Of a stretch of DNA of 64,000 nucleotides, positions 50,135 to 58,968 are shown piece by piece. Each line of letters begins with the position of its first letter. Positions within the stretch are counted from its first letter, which is position 1. The position numbers were made by a program, and so were the translations under genes. A model generated the notes under the pieces. That model saw only the letters and a list, made by a program, of their open reading frames with translations, ran no database searches and was not told the DNA's origin. This DNA is from Tardiphaga sp. (GTDB lineage: Bacteria > Pseudomonadota > Alphaproteobacteria > Rhizobiales > Xanthobacteraceae), in contig JASBVG010000064.1 in NCBI GenBank assembly GCA_030147505.1, positions 19,431 through 83,430 on the forward strand, in the 5' to 3' direction.

Positions 50135-50161
50135 TGCGGACAGTGCGGACGGTGCGGACGG
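50135..50161. repeat. Iteron-like tandem repeat TGCGGAC(A/G)G x3
   Basis: TGCGGACAG TGCGGACGG TGCGGACGG just downstream of the helicase-like gene. Confidence 0.7.
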
Positions 50162-50194
50162 CGATTCGCAATGTTCGCGCATCGCCACTTCGGC

Positions 50195-51907
50195 TCACTC
50201 CCTCGGAATCTCCGTCCGCGGCCCATCCACTTCGTCGATGTGCAGTCCGTTGTCAGGGCTATCCTGCCCGTGGCTGGCCTCGGCGTCCGTGTTCCAGATC
50301 TTGACCAACCGCGTCCGCCGACGGTCAAGTGCCTTACCGAACTCGACGACGATACCACCCTTGGCCAAGGTAGGCTGCATGGCTCTCAGATCCTTGCTTA
50401 GACGAGCAGGGTCCCTCGGCCACGTCGGCAGGCGGCTGACGCGTGCCTCGGTCTGATCGTGACGAGTCAGTTCCGAAAAGAGCTCGGCCGCGGTACCTTG
50501 CCAGGTGGACCGCCCGAGCATCAAAGCTGCAACGGCCTTGGCCACGGGCTCGCCGTCGATGAGCCCCTCGACGGTGGCTGAGATATTGGCGGCAAACGCG
50601 CTCTCGAAGCCGCCAGGCTTGGAGAAAGCGGTTTCGCAGGCCATGGCCCAACCCTGAAAATCCGCAACACGGGCAAGTTGCGGAGCTCTCGGTTCGTTGT
50701 TGTTGGCAAGCCCATGCACAGCGATATCGAGGATCGCGCCGAGAATGCGCGGACGGGCAGCTTCGAAAGTGGCCCAGAAATCGGATTCCGAGCGCCGACG
50801 CTCCGGGTCAACGCGAGGAAGATTGAGCACGATAGCCCGATCAGCAAGGTCTGGTCTATCAATACAGTTCTCGATGCCGTTCAGAATGATCGGGTGAGCG
50901 CCGGCCACTCCGAACTCCTCGCCATCGGTGTAGTTCTTGCGTTTGGCGAAGCCGACGCCAGAGGACAACCGGCACAGGCCATCGCTGACCTCGGGCGTGA
51001 TGAGACTGATGTTGTCGAAACAGATGATCGCTTGGTTGTGAGCGGCCACGAACAGGTCTCGAACGTTCGGCAGGCCGCGCAATTTGAGCCGATGGGGATC
51101 GATCAGACTTCCCAGAAGACGAGTGAGCGTCGATTTGGCCGTTCCCTCTCCTCCGGCGAGGTAAAGCACGGGATGCGGCCGTCCAACCCGCAACATGTCG
51201 GCAAGGAAGGCGACGACCAGCATGAAGTCGGCATCGGCAAGATTGACGAAGGGACGCAGTTCATCCACCGTGCCGCCACGCACGGGGAGCGGCAGAGGAA
51301 GCATTCCCGCCGTGCGGCGGAACCTGACGGGCGGCGTCTGCACGATCCGCCACCCTCCTGCGCAGATTTCGACCGCCCGCCAGGAATCGTCGCCGAGATC
51401 GAGATAGATCCTCTCGTCCAGTTCGGCGACCCGCAGGTGCACTTCATGCCGGTCGGCGCCTGAGAACAACGCATGGGCTTTCACGAGACGCATCGTCTCT
51501 TTGAGTTGCGCGTCTTTTGGAATGCGCTCCTTGTCTTTCCAGAAGGCGTGCATCAGCCACTGAGCGTATTGTGCGCTCGCGAGCGGCCAGGTCTCGCGGT
51601 GACCGTTGATCGTGATGTCCGCGAAAACATCCCGTTCGGAGTTCAGGAAGTAGGTTGCACTCGCGGCCAGGCGGGCAAGCGCTTCTTGATCGCTTTCGAA
51701 CGGCGACGAGTTGCGCGTGGCCGCGGGCACCGGGTCCTGCCGCAAGATTTCAACCAAGTCGTGCCAATCCAGCCTGACCTTGCCGAGGACGTGAACGATG
51801 CGACTCGCCGCGTTGGAAACCTCTCCAACTTTGTCGCTTGCCAGCAGGGGAAGCAGCTTTGCCAGCTGATCTATAACGCTCATCAATGCGTCACGCTTTT
51901 CGCTCAT
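50195..51907 (-). CDS. P-loop ATPase, phage/satellite replicative helicase-like
   Basis: YLDLGDDSW...GW, F.R..GMLPLP.P, Walker A GGEGTAKST, FDNIS, LNGI, DLADR; start ATG 51907 or 51916. Confidence 0.8.
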   Translation of the reverse strand: MSEKRDALMSVIDQLAKLLPLLASDKVGEVSNAASRIVHVLGKVRLDWHDLVEILRQDPVPAATRNSSPFESDQEALARLAASATYFLNSERDVFADITINGHRETWPLASAQYAQWLMHAFWKDKERIPKDAQLKETMRLVKAHALFSGADRHEVHLRVAELDERIYLDLGDDSWRAVEICAGGWRIVQTPPVRFRRTAGMLPLPLPVRGGTVDELRPFVNLADADFMLVVAFLADMLRVGRPHPVLYLAGGEGTAKSTLTRLLGSLIDPHRLKLRGLPNVRDLFVAAHNQAIICFDNISLITPEVSDGLCRLSSGVGFAKRKNYTDGEEFGVAGAHPIILNGIENCIDRPDLADRAIVLNLPRVDPERRRSESDFWATFEAARPRILGAILDIAVHGLANNNEPRAPQLARVADFQGWAMACETAFSKPGGFESAFAANISATVEGLIDGEPVAKAVAALMLGRSTWQGTAAELFSELTRHDQTEARVSRLPTWPRDPARLSKDLRAMQPTLAKGGIVVEFGKALDRRRTRLVKIWNTDAEASHGQDSPDNGLHIDEVDGPRTEIPRE

Positions 51908-51908
51908 T

Positions 51909-51927
51909 TGTAGCACTCTATGTTACG
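51909..51927. promoter_or_regulatory. Imperfect palindromic operator (TGTAGCACTCTATGTTACG)
   Basis: Similar to the perfect palindrome at 53014-53032. Confidence 0.5.
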
Positions 51928-52000
51928 CTTGCGATGCACGGCGAGGTCCGAAGTAAGGGTTGTCGCCACCGTAGACGTAGTATATTATTCTGCGACTGCC

Positions 52001-52933
52001 ATGAAAGCAAGCGGCTCTATGAACAAGGTAAATGCGGAGGAAATCCTTAGAATTTTACGGGACGCTCGCAAGCAGAACCGGCCATGGACCGAATTGGCGC
52101 AGGCGCTTCGTGAACTGGAGGCACTAAGCCAAACGGATGAAAGCGGCCGGCCTTGGATCCAGCGGGCCGAAACAGAGAGCGGCTATTCGGCGAACCAGCT
52201 GCGGCGGATGGCAAAAGTCGCGCAGTACCAGAGCTTTCTGACCAAGACTGAACCAGAGCTCGCCAGCAAGCTCTTGGAGAGGCCATTTTCGCACGTCGAG
52301 ATGATCTCCAAGATCTGGTCGCTCGACGAAGAGCAGGGCCGCGATCTGATCACACGTCCAGGTCAGACATTCCGCGATCTTCTCGGGATTTATGGAACCA
52401 TCAGTGAGACCAGCGGCGGCGCTGATCCGATCGCCGCTGGCAAGAAGGCGGCGAAGCAATTTCGAGAGAAGGCACTCGGCCTCATCAAGCGCGACCCGCG
52501 AAAGCTGTATGATGGACAGACCGGACTAGAGTTCGAGATTTTGCGCCCCATCGTCCCGTTCCGTTACGCCTCGCCTGACTATTACGTTGTTGGCCGCGAC
52601 GACGGCAAAGTAGCCCGGATCGACGCAATCGACTGCTATGCGCTCTACGGAGGATCACAGAAGGATGCAGCCTTACGCAAGATGATTTTGGTCGCGACCG
52701 AATGCACGTTCTTCACGCGATTTTGGATTGTTATACCAGAGGGTGAAAGCGCGGATACGGTTCTCTGGGAGTGCGATGATCTTAAACTTGCGAATGTGGG
52801 AATTATTCTCGTCGGAGTAGACCAACGTGTTCACTGGCCTCGCCAACCGCTCGGCCCTCCCGTTCCCGATCGGCGCGGTCTCTGGACTGACTATGATAAG
52901 ACGCGGTTGCGGCGCGATGGCGAACCGAATTAG
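52001..52933 (+). CDS. Hypothetical protein (helical/HTH-like N-half, possible PD-(D/E)xK-like C-half)
   Basis: WIQRAETESGYSANQLRRM; ASPDYYVV...IDAIDC...FTRFWIVIP...NVGII; track ORF starts at 51920. Confidence 0.7.
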   Translation: MKASGSMNKVNAEEILRILRDARKQNRPWTELAQALRELEALSQTDESGRPWIQRAETESGYSANQLRRMAKVAQYQSFLTKTEPELASKLLERPFSHVEMISKIWSLDEEQGRDLITRPGQTFRDLLGIYGTISETSGGADPIAAGKKAAKQFREKALGLIKRDPRKLYDGQTGLEFEILRPIVPFRYASPDYYVVGRDDGKVARIDAIDCYALYGGSQKDAALRKMILVATECTFFTRFWIVIPEGESADTVLWECDDLKLANVGIILVGVDQRVHWPRQPLGPPVPDRRGLWTDYDKTRLRRDGEPN

Positions 52934-53013
52934 ACCGCCAGCCCTCGCCCTTAAGCGACCGACGATTTTTGTTATTGTTGAGGATATCCTTGACGGGTAC
53001 TCGGTCTTGTAAT

Positions 53014-53032
53014 TGTAGCATAATATGCTACA
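53014..53032. promoter_or_regulatory. Perfect palindrome TGTAGCAT-AAT-ATGCTACA upstream of the rightward operon
   Basis: 8-3-8 inverted repeat in an AT-rich intergenic region, overlapping CATAAT; TTGACG lies upstream. Confidence 0.65.
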
Positions 53033-53071
53033 TGCACGGTCCGACCAGTTTGACAAATAAGGAGTAACAGA

Positions 53072-53827
53072 ATGTGTAGTCAGGCTTCCAGCAGCGGCAC
53101 CGTCGTGTCGCCGACCACCGGGACCAACAAGCTGCAGCAGCAGACCCTTTGCGCTGGCGAGATGCAGGTCGTGGTGGCCTCGCTCTTTAACGGGGTCAGC
53201 GACGCCGCGCTGATCCCCAGCACGGCGGCGGCGGCGATCAAGTCCGACCGCGCGGTCCGGTACGTGGCCGCCCGCGCCGGCGTCGACGTGCCGACGCTGA
53301 TCGAGAAGCTCGACACGCTGCCGCCGGCGGCGTTGTCCGCGATCAAGCACGGTGTCAACCAGTACCGCACCATGAGCGCGAGCGAGATGTTCGGGCCCAA
53401 CCGGCTGCCTTCGCTTGCGACGCTCGCCCGCCTCGGCTTGGTGAAGGCGCGTGGGCCCGCAGCCTGGGGCTTGGCCGTCGTGCAGCTGAAGGACTGGCGG
53501 ACCTGCGAGTTCGTGCTGCGTCAGGACCCGGCCACCATGGCGCTTGGCCATCTGCCATACTCGCTCGAACAGTCCTGCGCGGGCCTCGTGAAGCTGGTCA
53601 AGTCGGAGCTCGGCGGCGAGACCCTCCCGAAGGGGAGGCAGATCGCGTTCGGGCTCGCCGGCCTGATCGCGCTGCGCACTGGCTGGCGCCATTTCCGCGT
53701 CGAGGAGCGCAACGCCTGCGCCGTCGTCGAAATCGCCCGCGAAGATCTGCTTGGCGATCTCTATCGCGGCCAGCTGGGCGGCCTGGTCCTGCAGGGGATC
53801 AATGCTCCGGAGCTTGAGTTCGCATAG
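53072..53827 (+). CDS. Hypothetical protein (251 aa)
   Basis: TAAGGAG RBS and GC3-rich codons. Confidence 0.75.
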   Translation: MCSQASSSGTVVSPTTGTNKLQQQTLCAGEMQVVVASLFNGVSDAALIPSTAAAAIKSDRAVRYVAARAGVDVPTLIEKLDTLPPAALSAIKHGVNQYRTMSASEMFGPNRLPSLATLARLGLVKARGPAAWGLAVVQLKDWRTCEFVLRQDPATMALGHLPYSLEQSCAGLVKLVKSELGGETLPKGRQIAFGLAGLIALRTGWRHFRVEERNACAVVEIAREDLLGDLYRGQLGGLVLQGINAPELEFA

Positions 53828-53941
53828 CCGTCGGCTTCGCCAGAGGCAACGACGTCGACGACGCGGCCGCGACCAACATGTCGCGACCGCATCTAACCTG
53901 ACGAACCCCGACCGTGATGACCGATAACGTATGGATAGCAA

Positions 53942-54298
53942 ATGAACGACCTGATCCTCGACCGCAGCATACTCGAAGCAGAGGCGCGGGATTTCTTGCC
54001 GCTGCAGAAAAAGGGGTGCAGCGCGCTGACCCCGTGCTTTGACTTCTCGTTCGGCACGGGACACCTGAAGCTGACCTACGCCGCGATGCCGGATCGGGTG
54101 CTCGTGACGCCCGAACGCATTCGGATCGCCGTCCCCAGCGTGGTGAACATGGAACGCTTTCACAAGGAAATGTCCGCCGACGGTGCTCTGCGCACGGCGT
54201 TCGTTCGCCTACGCTGGGCTGTCATTGCCGACCGCGGGATGCTGACGGCATGCGGCGAGGTCAACGCCGAGCTGCAGTGCCTTAACTCTGGCAAGTAA
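53942..54298 (+). CDS. Hypothetical protein (118 aa)
   Basis: ATG start, GC3-rich codons, co-oriented with its neighbours. Confidence 0.65.
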   Translation: MNDLILDRSILEAEARDFLPLQKKGCSALTPCFDFSFGTGHLKLTYAAMPDRVLVTPERIRIAVPSVVNMERFHKEMSADGALRTAFVRLRWAVIADRGMLTACGEVNAELQCLNSGK

Positions 54299-54382
54299 AC
54301 CAAAGGCAGCAAACCTTCGGCGGGACCTTTGCGAGATAGTCACCGCCTTCGCCGGCATTCCAACTCCAACGGCACCATCTCC

Positions 54383-55708
54383 ATGCCCAGACCAACGATC
54401 ATCCCCGCCAATGAGAACGTGCTGCGGCGAGCAGTGGCGGAGCACATCCGCGCATGTCAAGAGATCATCGCTCAATCCGAACGGCCCACCGGCGCCTTCC
54501 CCCTGGAGGCACTCATCGTTCTCTTCGTCGTCAACGAGGCCCACATTCAGGGCTGGGAGGACCGCGCCGACGAGCGGGTTTGGGATCGCATCGGACAACT
54601 AACAGATCACTGCTTCTTGTGCCCGTACAGCGAGCAGAACCTCCAAAGCCAGTATTTCGCACTCAATCATCAGGAGCTCCTCGACTTCCGGCGCGGCGTC
54701 CCCATCCTGAAAATCGTTTCCGCCATCGATACGCGAACCATCCTTTCCCGTGGTGGTCGCACGAAGCAGGATGTCGAGGTCAAGATCCGCAAAGCGCTGG
54801 CCTATGAGGTGTTTCGCCGGGATGTCGTGGTTGGTCAACTCCAGGCTGCCCAAGACGGGTTAGACGGCAAACTTGTAGCCAGGGAACGTGGAAGCGGGCT
54901 GCCATATCTGAGCGAGCACGCCTGGGTCGAGGGCGTGCCGTGCAAGGGTGAGGCAAGGAAAGAAGTGCAGGATCCCTTCGCTCGGAAGCTTACCGTCATG
55001 AGCAGCCTCCGCGCGGAAGGAGAGTCGGTCGCCACGGAATTCGTGCCGGGTGCGGGCGAGCCCAAAGTGGTCGTCGACCTCATTGTCAAGCAGGTCGTGG
55101 CGTCGACTGCGAATATGCACAAGCGCGAGCAGTATGATGCTGCGCTTGCGGCAGAGGCGTGGTCGATCAAGACTCTGATGAAGGCCTGCGCCGGGATCAC
55201 CGAGTTGTCGGAGGAGAAGGTGGAGCTGTCCAAGGCGACACGCAAAGCAGACGAGCGCATCGCCAAGCGCGAGGAGAAAGAGAAGAAGAGGGCCGAAGAG
55301 AAGAAGAGGGCCGAGAAGCTTGCCAGCGGCGAACGCAAAAGGGACAGGTGGCGCGCACTCGACCCGATTCCAGATCCCATGACAAAGGAGATGCATCAGG
55401 AGTTCAGGAGCCACGACTTTTCGACGGAGGAACTCACCTTTATTGCGTCAACCGCAGGGATTGATCCCAATCTTCTTTGCATTCCTCACGTCCTGGCGAC
55501 ACCCGAGTTCAGGCTGGCGCTGATGCTGCGGAAAATGAGCCTCGGAGAGCAATATAAGGTAGGCCCCCTGGAGCTGGGTGTGCTGCGCGAGCTGTTCGGC
55601 CTGACCGTCTCCGATCGCTGCTACCAAGAGACCCGCTCCTTCCTGACAAGTCGAGCATTGGAGCTCTTCCCGCAGGACTGGTGGGTCTCTCAGCTGAAGG
55701 GCGAATAG
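54383..55708 (+). CDS. Hypothetical protein with a charged coiled coil
   Basis: Long ORF with a KREEKEKKRAEEKKRAEK helix; likely start MPRPT. Confidence 0.7.
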   Translation: MPRPTIIPANENVLRRAVAEHIRACQEIIAQSERPTGAFPLEALIVLFVVNEAHIQGWEDRADERVWDRIGQLTDHCFLCPYSEQNLQSQYFALNHQELLDFRRGVPILKIVSAIDTRTILSRGGRTKQDVEVKIRKALAYEVFRRDVVVGQLQAAQDGLDGKLVARERGSGLPYLSEHAWVEGVPCKGEARKEVQDPFARKLTVMSSLRAEGESVATEFVPGAGEPKVVVDLIVKQVVASTANMHKREQYDAALAAEAWSIKTLMKACAGITELSEEKVELSKATRKADERIAKREEKEKKRAEEKKRAEKLASGERKRDRWRALDPIPDPMTKEMHQEFRSHDFSTEELTFIASTAGIDPNLLCIPHVLATPEFRLALMLRKMSLGEQYKVGPLELGVLRELFGLTVSDRCYQETRSFLTSRALELFPQDWWVSQLKGE

Positions 55709-55827
55709 AGGCTCGAGGAGCCTGTCAAAAATTCGCGCATTCATTTCCGAGCAGGGTTTCAAGGATTCCGTTCTCCTCATTCATGCCCCGGTAGTGGTGC
55801 CGGCGCCATGAACCCGCGGAATCAATC

Positions 55828-56667
55828 ATGCCCAAGAACGAAAAGAAGCGTCCCGAAAATCGGCTGTTGTTGCCGATCTTCGCTCCCATCGTCAGCGACA
55901 AGGGCGGCATCGGCAAGAGCCTGCTCGCCAAGGCGATGGCCGAATGGCTGCGGCTGCGCAACCTGCCCTGTGGCGTGGTCGAGGTCGACACGACCGGGCA
56001 GTCGTTGAAAGGGCTGACCGACGACATCGTGAGTATTGCAATTGACCAGAGGGCGGCGCGCCGGGATCCCGCCTCGGTCTGGCGGTCCCTGACGCCGCTC
56101 TACCTGACCATCGAGCGCATCAGCCAGGCGCGCGGTATGACCATCGTCGAGTTCGGCGCTAACGAGGCGGCGCGGGGCGCGTTGTGGGCCGCAATGACCG
56201 ACCTGCAGGAAGAACTGGATCAGCTCGGGGCGTCCACGCTGATCTTGACGCCCTTCACCTGCCAGGCGGAAGCGATGCGCCGCGGCGTCCAGTCGGCGAA
56301 CTCGTTCATGGATGCGCTGCCGCAGGCGCGCCTGATGCTCGTCGAAAACGAGCGGGATGGCAGGATCTGCGACCTCCATCCGTCGAGCGAAGCCGCCGCC
56401 GTTAGCCGGAACTTGATCGGGCCGCTGGCCTCAAAGGCGGTCACGATCAAAATGCCCGCCATTGAGGCCGACAGCTGGGCGCCGTTCGAGGCAGCCAACA
56501 TCCGCTTGATGGATGCGGTGATGATGCCGGTTCGCGAGATCATGGCCATCACCGGCCTGCCCCTGCCCGAAGCCAAGATCGTCAGGGGAGACGTGGCGGC
56601 CTGGTGCGACAGCATGTTCAAGGCCTTCGATGAGTTCATCGACGCGGGCGGCAATCAGGATGGCTGA
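55828..56667 (+). CDS. ParA/MinD-like P-loop NTPase (StbB/MobD-like)
   Basis: Deviant Walker A SDKGGIGKS, VVEVD, IVEFGA; directly upstream of the mobilisation genes. Confidence 0.8.
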   Translation: MPKNEKKRPENRLLLPIFAPIVSDKGGIGKSLLAKAMAEWLRLRNLPCGVVEVDTTGQSLKGLTDDIVSIAIDQRAARRDPASVWRSLTPLYLTIERISQARGMTIVEFGANEAARGALWAAMTDLQEELDQLGASTLILTPFTCQAEAMRRGVQSANSFMDALPQARLMLVENERDGRICDLHPSSEAAAVSRNLIGPLASKAVTIKMPAIEADSWAPFEAANIRLMDAVMMPVREIMAITGLPLPEAKIVRGDVAAWCDSMFKAFDEFIDAGGNQDG

Positions 56668-57034
56668 TCCCGCACCCGGAGATTTCAGCGGGGCCGCGGC
56701 GAAAGCGATCACCGATGCATCGCGGTCCCGTGAAGAGCTCGGTCGCGACCTCGCGGCGATCTTCATGGCCGATCCCGCGAGCTTCGATCCCAACGGGTTG
56801 CGTCGGCTCGGCCAGGTCGGGCTGCAGTCGTTCGCTATGGCTGTCGGCGTTTCGGTGCCGACCTCTAAGACGCCGTCCACAAGGACCGAAGAGCAGATCG
56901 CCAGCGATGCCGCCGACTGGAAGCTCCAGGAGAGCCGGGTCCTGCCGTTCGAAATTGTCGGCTCGATCCATGGCGCCCTCGCTGGCCTCACCGCAATTGC
57001 AGCGATCAGCCTGTTGTGCCGGCTGTTCGGCTGA
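56660..57034 (+). CDS. Hypothetical protein with a C-terminal hydrophobic segment
   Basis: MADPAPG start overlaps the ATPase stop; C-terminal GALAGLTAIAAISLLCRLFG. Confidence 0.55.
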   Translation: MADPAPGDFSGAAAKAITDASRSREELGRDLAAIFMADPASFDPNGLRRLGQVGLQSFAMAVGVSVPTSKTPSTRTEEQIASDAADWKLQESRVLPFEIVGSIHGALAGLTAIAAISLLCRLFG

Positions 57035-57060
57035 TCTGCCCTATCGAGAAAGGATTGAAC

Positions 57061-58815
57061 GTGAACAACACGGTCGTCAAATTCCGTCCCGCACTCCTGG
57101 TCGCGTTCGGCGTGTTCGTGGCCATCGCATGCGTGGCTTACCTTTCGCTCTTCCTGGTCGCGCCTCCTGACATCGACGTCCTGTTTGCAGGGCGCGTACC
57201 GCTGAATAGCAACGCTGTCCTGATTCAGATCTTCAGGCAGATCACAGGCTGGCGGTGTGCGCCATCCGATGGACCGCTGTTTTTGGTTTGTCGCATGCGG
57301 TGGCTCGTCAGCATCCCAACCGAGCTTGCTCGTCAACCTGCGCTCGGCACACGGCTGATCGTGCTCGCATTGGCGCCCTTCATCGCGGCAAGCGTCGCCT
57401 TCCAGGAAACCTATGTCCGCACTCCTCCCGTCGAGACCGACATCGTGAAGAGCGGTCGGCGCGTGCTGTTCGGCGAATACGCCCGACGAGCCATTCAGGC
57501 GTTTATTCGACGCGCAGGCCGAGCCACGAAAGATGGGCTGTGGTTGCTGCCGAACGTGCAGCTGAACCTGGCGCAAGCTGCCCGCAACATCCTCTTGGTC
57601 GGCACCCAAGGCTCCGGCAAGACCGGAGTGCTGCGGGCTTATATTGCGCAGCTTCTTGCCGGCACCAGTCTGAACTTCATCTTTGACGTGAAGGGAGACA
57701 TGGTGGCGGGCCTGCCAACCGAAGAATTCGTTCTCGTTGCGCCGCATGATGCGCGAACCTGGGCTCTGGAGCTCGGACCGGAGGTTGGCAATCGTGCCGT
57801 CGCGCTCGAATTCGCTGCCAAATGCATTGATGACGACAACAAGAAGTCCATGTGGGTCTCGGCGGCGCGTGCCATTCTGGCCGATCTCGCGATGGTGCTG
57901 CATGCCCGTCACGGTGACGACTGGAGCTGGAGCGAGCTTCGTGACTGCGCGCTGTCTAGCCCGGCCAAGCTTCAACTGGCTTTGGCCGAGATCAATGCAC
58001 CGAGTCTTCCGCTCGTGTCGTTCGGGGCCGATCCCGCCGAGAACCGGACGGTGATGTCCGTGCTCATCACCATGTGGGTGGCAATCCTGGCGACTATCGA
58101 GCCGCTGGCGGACGCCTTCGTCCATGTTCCCCCAGAACGTCACTTTACCGTCAAAGACTGGATGGCGTCGAACGGTAGGATGCCTAAGACGCTGGTGTTT
58201 CAAAAATCGCTGGCGTTCCCGGAGCTGTCGGCTCTGCTGGGCTCATTCCTCGCGGAGCGCGTTGCGACGGCAGCATTGGCCCCGTCCCGCCGGGCGCCAA
58301 ATGCCCCAAGGTTGGCACTGGTGCTGGATGAGTTCTCGGAGATCCCGATCACGAGGCTGCCGAGCCTTCTCTCGCTCGGCCGCGAAATGAAGGTGACGAC
58401 CATCGCCAGTCTGCAGGACCTCGGTCAATTGAAGTCTATCGCTGGTCCTGAAAATGCTGGAGTCATCGAGAGCCGCTTTGGCATCCGTCTCGTGCTGCGC
58501 CTGGAGCCCGGCGACACCATCGACCGGATCACGCGCACGTGGCTCGGCGAGCGGCGCATCAGCCGCATCAGGAATGCGACCGTCGAGGAACTGAGGGCAG
58601 GAATTACTCGCCCGCGCGAGACGGTAGCCGTTCCCGTCGTTCTTCCGGAGGTGCTCACCGACGAGCTCGGCGTGCGCCAGACCAGCGAGGGCATGATGAT
58701 CAAGCTCCTGGTGTGCGGATTTCCAGTAGTCGGCATCGTCGACGTGCCGCTGACGACATGGCCCGATCGCCGCGAGGCCTATGTCGCGGCCGTTTCTGCG
58801 GCAGACCTCGGGTAG
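57061..58815 (+). CDS. Type IV coupling protein (TrwB/TraD family)
   Basis: Two N-terminal TM segments, Walker A GTQGSGKT, FDVKGD, Walker B LVLDE, SLQDLGQL. Confidence 0.88.
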   Translation: MNNTVVKFRPALLVAFGVFVAIACVAYLSLFLVAPPDIDVLFAGRVPLNSNAVLIQIFRQITGWRCAPSDGPLFLVCRMRWLVSIPTELARQPALGTRLIVLALAPFIAASVAFQETYVRTPPVETDIVKSGRRVLFGEYARRAIQAFIRRAGRATKDGLWLLPNVQLNLAQAARNILLVGTQGSGKTGVLRAYIAQLLAGTSLNFIFDVKGDMVAGLPTEEFVLVAPHDARTWALELGPEVGNRAVALEFAAKCIDDDNKKSMWVSAARAILADLAMVLHARHGDDWSWSELRDCALSSPAKLQLALAEINAPSLPLVSFGADPAENRTVMSVLITMWVAILATIEPLADAFVHVPPERHFTVKDWMASNGRMPKTLVFQKSLAFPELSALLGSFLAERVATAALAPSRRAPNAPRLALVLDEFSEIPITRLPSLLSLGREMKVTTIASLQDLGQLKSIAGPENAGVIESRFGIRLVLRLEPGDTIDRITRTWLGERRISRIRNATVEELRAGITRPRETVAVPVVLPEVLTDELGVRQTSEGMMIKLLVCGFPVVGIVDVPLTTWPDRREAYVAAVSAADLG

Positions 58816-58968
58816 GGACGTTCATTGAGAACCAAAGTTACAGCCTGTGCCGAAAGAAGCGGTCCGAACGTCGGCGCTCTTACCCCTGTCAAAAATCAGC
58901 ACATTCATTTCTGAGCACCAACTGCCGATCTGACCAGAATAGGAGGCCTCCACCACGAGGCCTCTCCC

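Noticed and set aside
50195-55708. Prophage or PICI
   Set aside because: No capsid, terminase, tail or AlpA-type genes are recognisable, and the conjugative mobilisation genes fit an IME better.
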